Origin: Candidatus Fervidifonticultor quintus
GTDB lineage: Bacteria > Sysuimicrobiota > Sysuimicrobiia > Sysuimicrobiales > Humicultoraceae
Length of the DNA: 16,004 nucleotides
Assembly (NCBI GenBank): GCA_031459535.1
Contig: JAVKIJ010000074.1
Span: forward strand, 1-16,004
Reading direction: 5' to 3'
Shown: in pieces, positions 8,131 to 15,346 of the stretch
How positions within the stretch are numbered: the first letter of the stretch is position 1
Layout: the number at the start of each line of letters is the position of its first letter
Position numbers and translations under genes: made by a program
Notes under the pieces: model-generated
Databases searched by the model: none
What the model was told of the DNA's origin: nothing
The model's input: only the letters and a program-made list of their open reading frames with translations

Positions 8131-9035
8131 AGGCTGTACGCACGCCCCGGATAGTCTCTCTCGACCATCGACACCGGGAACTTCCGGACCTCGCCGACGA
8201 AGTCAGCCAGATGCCTGGCCATCCGCCGGAAGATCTCTTCCCCCTTGGCCGGGTTGGACCGGAAAGGATTCCCGATGACAGCCGTGTCACAGTACTCGTG
8301 GTGCTCCATCGGCACCCAGATGTTCTCCGACTCCTGGAACTTGACCGTGCCGGTGCCGTCGATCTTCGAGAACGCCGGCCCCATCCACCGCGGTGCGTGC
8401 GCCCGGTCGGAGACCGCCTTGTTCATGTCCACCAGGCGCTCATTGACCGCCATCAGGCAGGAGGTCTCCAGTTCGCTGGAGTGCCAGCCAGGGGTTTCCT
8501 CAGGGGGGTTCTCGAAGATGCCCTGCAGCACGTTGACCTCGCGCTCGGTGGGCGTCTTGTAGAATGCGATGAAGGCGCCGGTCTCGTAGCGCAGGCAGCG
8601 CAGGATCTCATCGATGGGCTTGGTGTTCGAACCGTGGTGGCTCACGAAGATGATCTTGGTGAACCCGTGAAAGATCAGGCTGCGCGCCACATCGTGCAGG
8701 ATTCGCCGATAGGTCTCGGCCTGCAGCGTGATGGTCCCCGCCCCCTCCAGCAGGCGCCCCATGTGATGCGGCGAGTAGCCGAAGGGCATCAGCGGTGTGT
8801 GCAGACAGTCGGCCATCTCTGCCGCCTGCACCACCGCCGTCATGGTGATGTAGCTGTCGGTGCCCAGCGGGATGTGCGCGCCGTGCTTCTCTGTGGAGCC
8901 GATCGGGACCAGGATGACGTCCTGGCCAGGCTCCTTGAGGCGCTCGGCCACCTCGGCGTAGGACATGGCCAGCAGGTTCCGCTTCCGGCCGTCGGTGGGA
9001 ACATCATGCCGGTAGTAACTCTCGTGTGCGCTCAT
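8127..9035 (-). CDS. Creatininase-family metallo-amidohydrolase/hydrolase
   Basis: 'VPIGSTEKHGAHIPLGTD' (E-x-H…D metal motif), 'GYSPHH', 'GTITL', 'SHHGSN' and 'HSSELETS'. RBS GAGGAGG precedes ATG 9035. First gene of the operon. Confidence 0.88.
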   Translation of the reverse strand: MSAHESYYRHDVPTDGRKRNLLAMSYAEVAERLKEPGQDVILVPIGSTEKHGAHIPLGTDSYITMTAVVQAAEMADCLHTPLMPFGYSPHHMGRLLEGAGTITLQAETYRRILHDVARSLIFHGFTKIIFVSHHGSNTKPIDEILRCLRYETGAFIAFYKTPTEREVNVLQGIFENPPEETPGWHSSELETSCLMAVNERLVDMNKAVSDRAHAPRWMGPAFSKIDGTGTVKFQESENIWVPMEHHEYCDTAVIGNPFRSNPAKGEEIFRRMARHLADFVGEVRKFPVSMVERDYPGRAYSL

Positions 9036-9076
9036 CGTTCCTCCTCGGTCTCGACCCGCGCGGGAAACGCACGGTC

Positions 9077-9098
9077 ATGGAAATCCTTTTCCATTCTA
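9077..9098 (-). promoter_or_regulatory. Putative LacI-type operator with adjacent -10 element of the catabolic operon
   Basis: Palindrome ATGGAAA-TCCT-TTTCCAT (9077-9094) resembles TGGAAANCGNTTTCCA LacI sites. A minus-strand TAGAAT at 9093-9098 abuts it, in an AT-rich island of the divergent intergenic region. Confidence 0.6.
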
Positions 9099-9165
9099 GA
9101 TTTCTAGATTCTCGGCGGAAGCCGATTCTCCTTGTCCGGGAGGGGCGCCCTCACCGGGGACGAAC

Positions 9166-9966
9166 ATGACAGTTGTGCGAAGGCGGATTCGCGGCTTCCT
9201 CTTTGACATGGACGGCGTGCTCTACCGCGGGCACCGACCGCTGCCAGGCGCCCGCACGGTCCTGACCCGCCTGGAGCGCCTCGGCCTCCCCTATGCCCTG
9301 GTCACGAACAACAGCACACGAACCCCGCGCCAGTACGTCCGGCACCTGGCGGCCATGCGCATGCGCGTGCAGGAGGATCGCATCGTGACCTCGTCGGTCG
9401 TCGCGGCGGAGTACCTCAAGAAGATCCTCCGCCCCGGGGACCGGGTGTTGATCATCGGCGAGCGCGGGTTGCAACAGGCCGTCCGCGCTGCCGGACTCGT
9501 TCCGTCCGAAGACCGGGTGGCTGCCGTCGTGGTGGGCCTGGATAGACATCTCACGTATCGCAGGCTTGCGGCCGCAGTTGGGGCCCTGCTGGGCGGGGCC
9601 GCCTTCGTCGCCACGAATCCGGACAGGCTGCTGCCCACCGAGGCAGGAGAGATTCCAGGGGCCGGCGCGCTGGTCGCGGCACTGGTGTACGCGACCGGAC
9701 GGCGCCCGATCATGATCGGCAAGCCGCGTCCGGCCCTCCTCCGCCAAGCGATGGCCCGCATCGGGACCCGGCCCGCGGAGACCGTGATGGTAGGGGATCA
9801 GGCCGCCACTGACGTCGCGGCAGGTCGGGCCGTGGGCGCCTACACTGTCTTGGTCCAAAGCGGTCTGGGGCCACCGCGCCGGGCTCGCGGCTCGCTGCCC
9901 CGACCGGACCTCGTGGTGCGGGACCTGCGAGAACTGTGGCGGACCATCAGCCCGACCCTCCGCTGA
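9166..9966 (+). CDS. HAD-superfamily class IIA hydrolase (NagD-like sugar/nucleotide phosphatase)
   Basis: Motif I 'FDMDGVLY', motif II 'VTNNS', 'ATNPD', motif III 'IGKP' and motif IV 'MVGDQAATDV'. Confidence 0.92.
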   Translation: MTVVRRRIRGFLFDMDGVLYRGHRPLPGARTVLTRLERLGLPYALVTNNSTRTPRQYVRHLAAMRMRVQEDRIVTSSVVAAEYLKKILRPGDRVLIIGERGLQQAVRAAGLVPSEDRVAAVVVGLDRHLTYRRLAAAVGALLGGAAFVATNPDRLLPTEAGEIPGAGALVAALVYATGRRPIMIGKPRPALLRQAMARIGTRPAETVMVGDQAATDVAAGRAVGAYTVLVQSGLGPPRRARGSLPRPDLVVRDLRELWRTISPTLR

Positions 9967-11285
9967 CGGCGAGGCCCGCAGGACCGCCGCCCGGGGCCGA
10001 GCTCTTTCCCTTCGGCGCGCTGCGCGCCAGCCTGGTGGCGATCGCCGCCGTCCTGGGGTTTCCGGTGGTAGCCGGATTCGTGGCCGTCGCCGCGCCGCAC
10101 CTGGCTGGCCTCCAGCACCGCGCCCCGCTCCCCCTGGCCGCCAATCACCTGGTCACGCTGGGATGGGGCACGCTGATTGCGATCGGGGCGCTGCACCAGC
10201 TCCTGCCGGCTGCAGCAGGCGTCCGCCGCGACCTCAGCCCGTGGGTCCCCGTGCAGCTCCCCATCCACCTCTGTGGCGTCGCGCTGCTGGCTGCCGGATT
10301 CGCCTCGGGCTGGCACCCGGTGACGGTGGCGGGAGGAAGTGGTGTGGCGGCCAGCGCCCTGGCCATGCTGGGGATGGCGATCGGCCTGGTGCGACGGCGA
10401 GGGCGCGCGCTCTCGGTTCTCCGCTACGTGGTGGCCGCCCTGGTCTGCCTGGCTGCGACGGTGCTGTGGGGGCTGGCGCTCGCGATCAACCGGTGGCTGG
10501 CCCTGTGGCCGACCCTGCTGAGGCCGGCGGGGCTCGGCATCCATCTCACGCTGGGGCTGGTTGGCTGGTTCGCACTGCTGGTCGTCGGGGTATCCTACTA
10601 CCTGCTGCCTCGCTTTGCTGGGATCAGGAACCCGATGGACCGGCAGGACCTGGTGTTCGGCGGGCTCGCGTGCGGCGCGGGCCTCCTGCTCGTGGGGAAT
10701 GTGGTCCCGGGGCGGCTGGTCCAACTTGGCCTGATGGTGGTCGGGCTGGCCGGACTGCTCTACGCGTGGGACCTGCACACCATGCTCCGGGCGTGGCGCA
10801 CCCGCGGCCGCGACATCGTGCGCGCCCACTGGTGGGTGCTCCTCGTGGAAACATCGGGCCTGGGCGCGGCAGCAGCGGCCTGGGGGGTCGGCCTGCTCCC
10901 CGGGGATGGCCTCCGGTGGGGCGTCGCGGGCGCGACGCTGTTCCTACTGGGATGGGTGACGCTGGCCATCACCGGCCAGGCGTACAAGGTCACACCCTTT
11001 CTCATGTGGTACTACCGATTCCACCGGGGGTTGTCGGCGCTGGAGGTGCCGCGACTGGAGGCGCCGTACTGGCCGCGCATCGCCCTCCCGCCGCTCGTGC
11101 TGCTGGCCGCTGCCGGGCCCGTCGTTGCGGCGGGAGTGCTGGCTGCCAGCCCGCGCCTGTGCGGCATCGGCGGCGTGGCCTACTTCGTGGGCGCGGTCAT
11201 GTTCGCGTTCGTGCTGGGCTACTCGTGGATTCCCGCCGTCTGGCGCGGAAGGAGACCTCCCGCCGCCGCCGCCGAAGCCCGTTGA
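9936..11285 (+). CDS. Polytopic membrane protein, NnrS-like/heme-copper-oxidase subunit I-like (function unknown)
   Basis: About 12 hydrophobic segments with three internal repeats: 'HLVTLGW…GALHQLLP', 'HLTLGLVGW…GVSYYLLPRF' and 'TLFLLGW…GQAYKVTPFLMWY'. The start is uncertain (GTG 9936 overlaps the HAD gene). Confidence 0.65.
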   Translation: MADHQPDPPLTARPAGPPPGAELFPFGALRASLVAIAAVLGFPVVAGFVAVAAPHLAGLQHRAPLPLAANHLVTLGWGTLIAIGALHQLLPAAAGVRRDLSPWVPVQLPIHLCGVALLAAGFASGWHPVTVAGGSGVAASALAMLGMAIGLVRRRGRALSVLRYVVAALVCLAATVLWGLALAINRWLALWPTLLRPAGLGIHLTLGLVGWFALLVVGVSYYLLPRFAGIRNPMDRQDLVFGGLACGAGLLLVGNVVPGRLVQLGLMVVGLAGLLYAWDLHTMLRAWRTRGRDIVRAHWWVLLVETSGLGAAAAAWGVGLLPGDGLRWGVAGATLFLLGWVTLAITGQAYKVTPFLMWYYRFHRGLSALEVPRLEAPYWPRIALPPLVLLAAAGPVVAAGVLAASPRLCGIGGVAYFVGAVMFAFVLGYSWIPAVWRGRRPPAAAAEAR

Positions 11286-11287
11286 CC

Positions 11288-12322
11288 ATGCGGCAATTGG
11301 ACTCTACCGCAGGCTCTGTGCGACTCGCCACGCGCACCGCGCGTGCGGCGATCCTGGGGCTGGGCGTCCACGTCCCGTCCCGGGTGCTCACCAACGCCGA
11401 TCTGGAGAAGATGGTGGACACCAGCGATGAGTGGATCATCACGCGCACGGGCATCCGCACCCGTCGTGTGGTCGACCCCGACCAGGCGGCCTCGGACCTG
11501 GCGGTCCCCGCGGCCCTGGCGGCGATGGCGGACGCCGGCCTGAGCGCCGACGACGTGGACCTGATCATCTGCGGCACGACGACCCCGGACATGGTGTTCC
11601 CCGCCACAGCCTGCCTGATCCAGGACCGCATCGGCGCGAAGCGCGCCGGGGCATTCGACCTGCTGGCCGCGTGCTCCAGCTTCGTCTATGGCCTCGTCTC
11701 GGCAGCGCAGACCGTGGAGGCCGGCCTGGCACGCCACGTGCTGGTCGTCGGCGCCGAGGCCCTGACGAAACTCGTGGACTGGACGGACCGTACCATATCA
11801 GTACTCATCGGCGACGGCGCCGGCGCCGTGGTGGTGGGCCCGTCGCGCAGCGGCGCCGGCATCAGCGCCACGGCCGTGGGAGCCGATGGGTCGGCCGCCG
11901 ACATCCTCAAGTTACCCTCCCCGGGCAGCCGGATTCCGGCCACACCGGAGGCGATCAGGAAGGGCCTGCACCGGGCGCGCATGGACGGCCAGGCGGTGTT
12001 CAAGCTGGCGGTGCGCATCGTCCCGGACGCCATCCGCCAGGTCACGGCCGCCGCCGGGCTGCGCCTGGAGGACCTGGACTGGGTGGTCCCTCACCAGGCC
12101 AACCAAAGGATCATCGAGGCCATCGCCAAAGGCCTCGAGTTGCCGCTGGAGCGGTTCGTCAGCACCATCGACCGCTACGGGAACACTTCGTCTGCGTCCA
12201 TCCCGCTGTCCCTGTGGGAGGCGCGGCGGGACGGCCGCCTCAAGGACGGCGACCACGTGGTGCTGATCGCCTTCGGCGGCGGATTCACCTGGTCGGGCTG
12301 TCTCGTCACCTGGGGATCCTAG
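11288..12322 (+). CDS. fabH: 3-oxoacyl-ACP synthase III (KAS III)
   Basis: 'VDTSDEWIITRTGI', catalytic Cys in 'AACSSF', 'GDGAGA', 'PHQANQRII', 'YGNTSSASIP' and 'FGGGFTW'. The real start is ATG 11288; the 719-aa ORF-track call extends out of frame over the upstream membrane-protein gene. Confidence 0.95.
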   Translation: MRQLDSTAGSVRLATRTARAAILGLGVHVPSRVLTNADLEKMVDTSDEWIITRTGIRTRRVVDPDQAASDLAVPAALAAMADAGLSADDVDLIICGTTTPDMVFPATACLIQDRIGAKRAGAFDLLAACSSFVYGLVSAAQTVEAGLARHVLVVGAEALTKLVDWTDRTISVLIGDGAGAVVVGPSRSGAGISATAVGADGSAADILKLPSPGSRIPATPEAIRKGLHRARMDGQAVFKLAVRIVPDAIRQVTAAAGLRLEDLDWVVPHQANQRIIEAIAKGLELPLERFVSTIDRYGNTSSASIPLSLWEARRDGRLKDGDHVVLIAFGGGFTWSGCLVTWGS

Positions 12323-12349
12323 CGGCCCGCGTGGGGGGCCACGCCGGGA

Positions 12350-12431
12350 AATCGGGTCCAGACCCGATGTGCGCTGGCCCCGTTCGCCCGTCAATGTCTA
12401 ATTGAGATTAATCGGGTCCACTTATCCCTAT
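12350..12431. promoter_or_regulatory. Putative Rrf2 operator region (palindrome plus direct repeat)
   Basis: Perfect inverted repeat ATCGGGTC-CA-GACCCGAT (12351-12368). AATCGGGTCCA repeats exactly 60 bp apart (12350-12360 and 12410-12420), and the second copy begins an imperfect inverted repeat ATCGGG…CCCTAT (12411-12431). An AT-rich stretch lies between the copies. Confidence 0.4.
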
Positions 12432-12443
12432 GCCTCGGTACTC

Positions 12444-12872
12444 ATGGCCATGAAGCTGACTCGGGAGGCTGACTACGCCGTACGGGTGGTCCTCGACCTG
12501 GCGGAGCACGCCGGGCGGGGACCGGTGCGATCGGCCGACATCGCTCGCCGCCAACTGATCCCGCGGCCGTTCCTGACCAAAGTGGTGCAGGCCCTGGCCA
12601 GGCAGGGCTACATGCGCACGCACCGCGGCGTCCGCGGGGGCGTCACGCTGACCCGCCGCCCGCGCGAGATCACGATGCGGGCGGTGGTGGAGGCCATCGA
12701 AGGCCCGTTCCGCCTCAACCGCTGCGTGGCGGGGTCGGGCGAGTGCCCGCTGGAACGCCGCTGCCCAGCGCATCCGGTCTGGCGGCGACTCCAGGCCCTG
12801 ATGCTCCGGGAGCTGGACCGGATCACGTTCGAGCGGCTGCGAAGGAGCAGCCGCAGGAGAGGTCGTGCATGA
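12444..12872 (+). CDS. Rrf2-family transcriptional regulator (three Cys, probable Fe-S sensor)
   Basis: 'MKLTREADYAVRVVLDLA', wHTH 'IARRQLIPRPFLTKVVQAL', wing 'RGVRGGVTL', 'VVEAIEG' and 'CVAGSGECPLERRC'. Start at ATG 12444 or 12450. Confidence 0.92.
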   Translation: MAMKLTREADYAVRVVLDLAEHAGRGPVRSADIARRQLIPRPFLTKVVQALARQGYMRTHRGVRGGVTLTRRPREITMRAVVEAIEGPFRLNRCVAGSGECPLERRCPAHPVWRRLQALMLRELDRITFERLRRSSRRRGRA

Positions 12873-12873
12873 G

Positions 12874-12936
12874 TCGCAGCCGCGTGATTGCGCCGGCCAG
12901 CGCCGCGGCGGGCGCGGCGTTGGCTACGGGCTGCGA
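12874..12936. terminator. GC-rich nested hairpin between convergent rrf2 and MFS genes
   Basis: GCCAGCGCCGCG (12896-12907)/CGCGGCGTTGGC (12913-12924) is nested within TCGCAGCC (12874-12881)/GGCTGCGA (12929-12936). No U-tract is present. Confidence 0.35.
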
Positions 12937-12950
12937 TGGTGACTTGGCGA

Positions 12951-14192
12951 TCAGACCGCCGGGGGATCTGCCGGCTCGATGACCGGCGGGGGAAGCGACG
13001 GTACCTCCGCCGGCCTGGGGAGGCCCGGTGCCGCTGCCGCCGCGATGGCATACACCCCCGCTGCAGCGGCAAACGGCGCAAGAGGCGCGAGCTCATAAAT
13101 GCCGCCGGCCCACAGCGGGCCCAGGGAACGGCCCAGGCTGTCGAAAGCGCTCTGCAACCCCAGCGACGTCCCGAAGCCCGTCGTCGTCAGGCGCGAGTTC
13201 AACGCGGCCAGAGACGGCCGGATCAGGGCCATGGCCACAGAAGTCAGCCCGACCGCCAGCGTCATCGTGGGCACCGAGCCCGCCGCCGACACCGACAGGA
13301 ACCCCAGCGCGCCGAACCCGAACCCCAGCATGATACCGCGCGCCTCTCCCCAACGCCTGGAGATGGGCCCCACGAGTCCGGCCTGGGTGACCACCGAGCC
13401 CAGACCAAACGCGGTGAACATGGCACCGACCTGAGACGGACTGGCCCCGGCCCGGTCCATAGCGTAATAGCCGAGCATCGAGAAGAGGCTCGATCCCCCG
13501 AAGGTTGCGGCGAAAGCCATGAGGTAGAGCGGTCGTTCACTGCTGGCCAGCGCGCGGGAGACGTTTCCGATGCCCGGCCGCGCCGTCCGCAGCCTGCGAC
13601 CGTCCGCCGGCGGTTCCCTCACCCAGCGGAGGACCACAGGCAGCGAGAGCGCCGCAGCAACCGCAGCGAAGTAGAAGGGCACCTGCGGGCCCAGGGTGGC
13701 CAGCGTGCCGCCGAGGGCCGGGCCCACCATGAACCCCACACCGAACGCAGCGCCCAGGATGCCCATCACGCCGCCTCGATCCTCGGGCTTGGTGAGGTCG
13801 GCCGCGATCGCCTGGGCCGAAGGCAGGACTGAGCTGGACAGCAGCCCACCGAGCACGCGCGCGACCAGGAGCACGCCATACGACGGCGCCAGCGCCATAG
13901 CCACAAACATGACGCCGTACCCAGCCAATCCCACCATGAGCACCGGCTTGCGGCCGATCCGATCGGCCAGCACGCCCCAGGCCGGAGACGCCAGAAACTG
14001 GGCGAGCGCCCATCCCGTGATGAGCAGCCCCATCTCGACCGAGGAGGCCCCAAACCGCCTGGCCAGGAAGGGCAGGATCGGCAGGACGATCCCGAAGCCG
14101 ATCATGACCAGCAACACCGTGCCGAAGAGCGTCCAGATCTGCCAGCGCACCCGAGGATCAATCCTCGGTGCGCGAGTGATCGAAGGTGGCAT
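12951..14192 (-). CDS. MFS transporter, DHA1 (TetA/Bmr-like drug:H+ antiporter) family
   Basis: 'GFGIVLPILP', motif A 'GVLADRIGRKPVL', antiporter motif C 'GAAFGVGFMVGPALGG' and a 12-TM pattern. Start moved from 14360 to ATG 14192. Confidence 0.9.
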   Translation of the reverse strand: MPPSITRAPRIDPRVRWQIWTLFGTVLLVMIGFGIVLPILPFLARRFGASSVEMGLLITGWALAQFLASPAWGVLADRIGRKPVLMVGLAGYGVMFVAMALAPSYGVLLVARVLGGLLSSSVLPSAQAIAADLTKPEDRGGVMGILGAAFGVGFMVGPALGGTLATLGPQVPFYFAAVAAALSLPVVLRWVREPPADGRRLRTARPGIGNVSRALASSERPLYLMAFAATFGGSSLFSMLGYYAMDRAGASPSQVGAMFTAFGLGSVVTQAGLVGPISRRWGEARGIMLGFGFGALGFLSVSAAGSVPTMTLAVGLTSVAMALIRPSLAALNSRLTTTGFGTSLGLQSAFDSLGRSLGPLWAGGIYELAPLAPFAAAAGVYAIAAAAAPGLPRPAEVPSLPPPVIEPADPPAV

Positions 14193-14226
14193 CCCTGCCT
14201 GCGCGCGGCGGTGCACCGGTCGCGGA

Positions 14227-14856
14227 CTATGGGATCTTGTAGCGAACGAGCTCTGACCAGCCGGAGATCTGGCGGTCGCCCCGGTGCCCCTTCCGTTCGG
14301 TGCGGACGGCGCCCACGCCCGGCGCGTACCAGGTGAACGCCGTGATCTCCGAGTCTTCACCGGTCGTGATGGACTGCAGCTTCCAGGCCCGGAAGGTCCC
14401 GGCCTTCACCCGAACCGTCTCCTCGCCGATCCACTTCTCGGCGACCTTGAACGCGAAGGGCACATCGGCCGGACTCCACGACCACGAGAGGCCTGCGCGG
14501 GGCGGCAGTCGCAGCGCCACCCGTGGCGGGTTGAGGACGACCAACTCGCCGCGTGGATTCGTCGTCTCCAGCACCAGGACATCAGACGCCGTAACCAGAT
14601 AGCAGGTCCGCGTGGTTCGTTCGCGCTCCCGCCCGGTGGTCCGCCGTTCCACCACCGTGCACCGGCGCTCCTTGATCATCTTCGTCCCGACCACGCGCGA
14701 GATGGATTCCGTGCCGTCGTCGTTGACCCGCACCCACTCTGCGCCGACCGGCAGAGGGAAGAGCGACGGAGCGGGGCCGGCCCGCGCAGCACCCCCGGCC
14801 GCCAGGATCACCGAGAGCGCCACCACACACAGCGCGGCGCGGGAGAAGGGCGTCAT
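14227..14856 (-). CDS. Secreted beta-rich hypothetical protein (DUF3108-like)
   Basis: Signal peptide MTPFSRAALCVVALSVILAAGGAARA follows RBS GGAGG. It carries 'ETVRVKAGTFRAWK' and 'TWYAPGVGAVR' motifs, which I associate with DUF3108-like proteins. Confidence 0.7.
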   Translation of the reverse strand: MTPFSRAALCVVALSVILAAGGAARAGPAPSLFPLPVGAEWVRVNDDGTESISRVVGTKMIKERRCTVVERRTTGRERERTTRTCYLVTASDVLVLETTNPRGELVVLNPPRVALRLPPRAGLSWSWSPADVPFAFKVAEKWIGEETVRVKAGTFRAWKLQSITTGEDSEITAFTWYAPGVGAVRTERKGHRGDRQISGWSELVRYKIP

Positions 14857-15047
14857 CTCCACCTCCGTCTGGGGACCGCCCGAGCGATCCGCCCTCACCC
14901 TGATCTTCGGCGGGTGTCGAAGGGACCCTCCCGACCGAGGGAGAAGGAATATGCCCGCAGGGTGCCAATACTTCCCTGCACAGATCAGGCAACAGCCGTC
15001 AGGCGGCGTAGTTGGACGGCAGTGCACAGAAAGAGGGTGGGTAGGGC

Positions 15048-15254
15048 ATGCCGATCGGAACGGTCAAGTGGTTCAGCGCCGAGAAGGGATACGGCTTCAT
15101 CACCCCCGACGAAGGCGGGAAGGACGTCTTCGTTCACTATTCAGCCATTCAGGCCGAGGGTTACCGAAGTCTGAATGAGGGCCAGAAGGTCGAGTATGAG
15201 GTCGTGCAGGGCCAGAAGGGCCCGCAGGCTGCGAACGTGAGGATCACAGGGTAG
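15048..15254 (+). CDS. cspA: Cold-shock protein (CspA family)
   Basis: 68 aa with 'GTVKWF', RNP1 'KGYGFI', RNP2 'VFVHYS' and 'KGPQAANV'. The specific paralog cannot be assigned. Confidence 0.96.
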   Translation: MPIGTVKWFSAEKGYGFITPDEGGKDVFVHYSAIQAEGYRSLNEGQKVEYEVVQGQKGPQAANVRITG

Positions 15255-15281
15255 TTGTCCGGCAGGCCGCCTGATTGAGCG

Positions 15282-15305
15282 GGAGGCCGCGCGGGCGCGG
15301 CCTCC
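15282..15305. terminator. Stem-loop between convergent csp and cNMP-domain genes (likely terminator)
   Basis: Perfect 10-bp stem GGAGGCCGCG (15282-15291)/CGCGGCCTCC (15296-15305) with a 4-nt loop, followed by TCCATTT. Confidence 0.55.
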
Positions 15306-15346
15306 TCCATTTCGTCTCCCGACAGCGACCCCCGGCCTGAAACCAC

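Noticed and set aside
8127-9035. Mycofactocin (MftE) or riboflavin (ArfB) pathway assignment
   Set aside because: There is no radical SAM, precursor peptide or rib gene in the window.
5077-9035. Direct naming as iolM/iolN/iolO, fucA, mtnB or tdh
   Set aside because: Only fold-level similarity is visible. Partner genes such as iolG, kinases and mtnA/mtnK are absent, so no gene symbols were assigned.
10163-11287. Apparent 375-aa N-terminal extension making a 719-aa FabH fusion
   Set aside because: It is a low-complexity out-of-frame reading of the membrane-protein gene. FabH homology starts only after ATG 11288.
12951-14192. Calling the MFS gene tetA or an acquired resistance gene
   Set aside because: It has only generic DHA1 motifs, no adjacent TetR, and composition like its neighbours. 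The substrate cannot be inferred.
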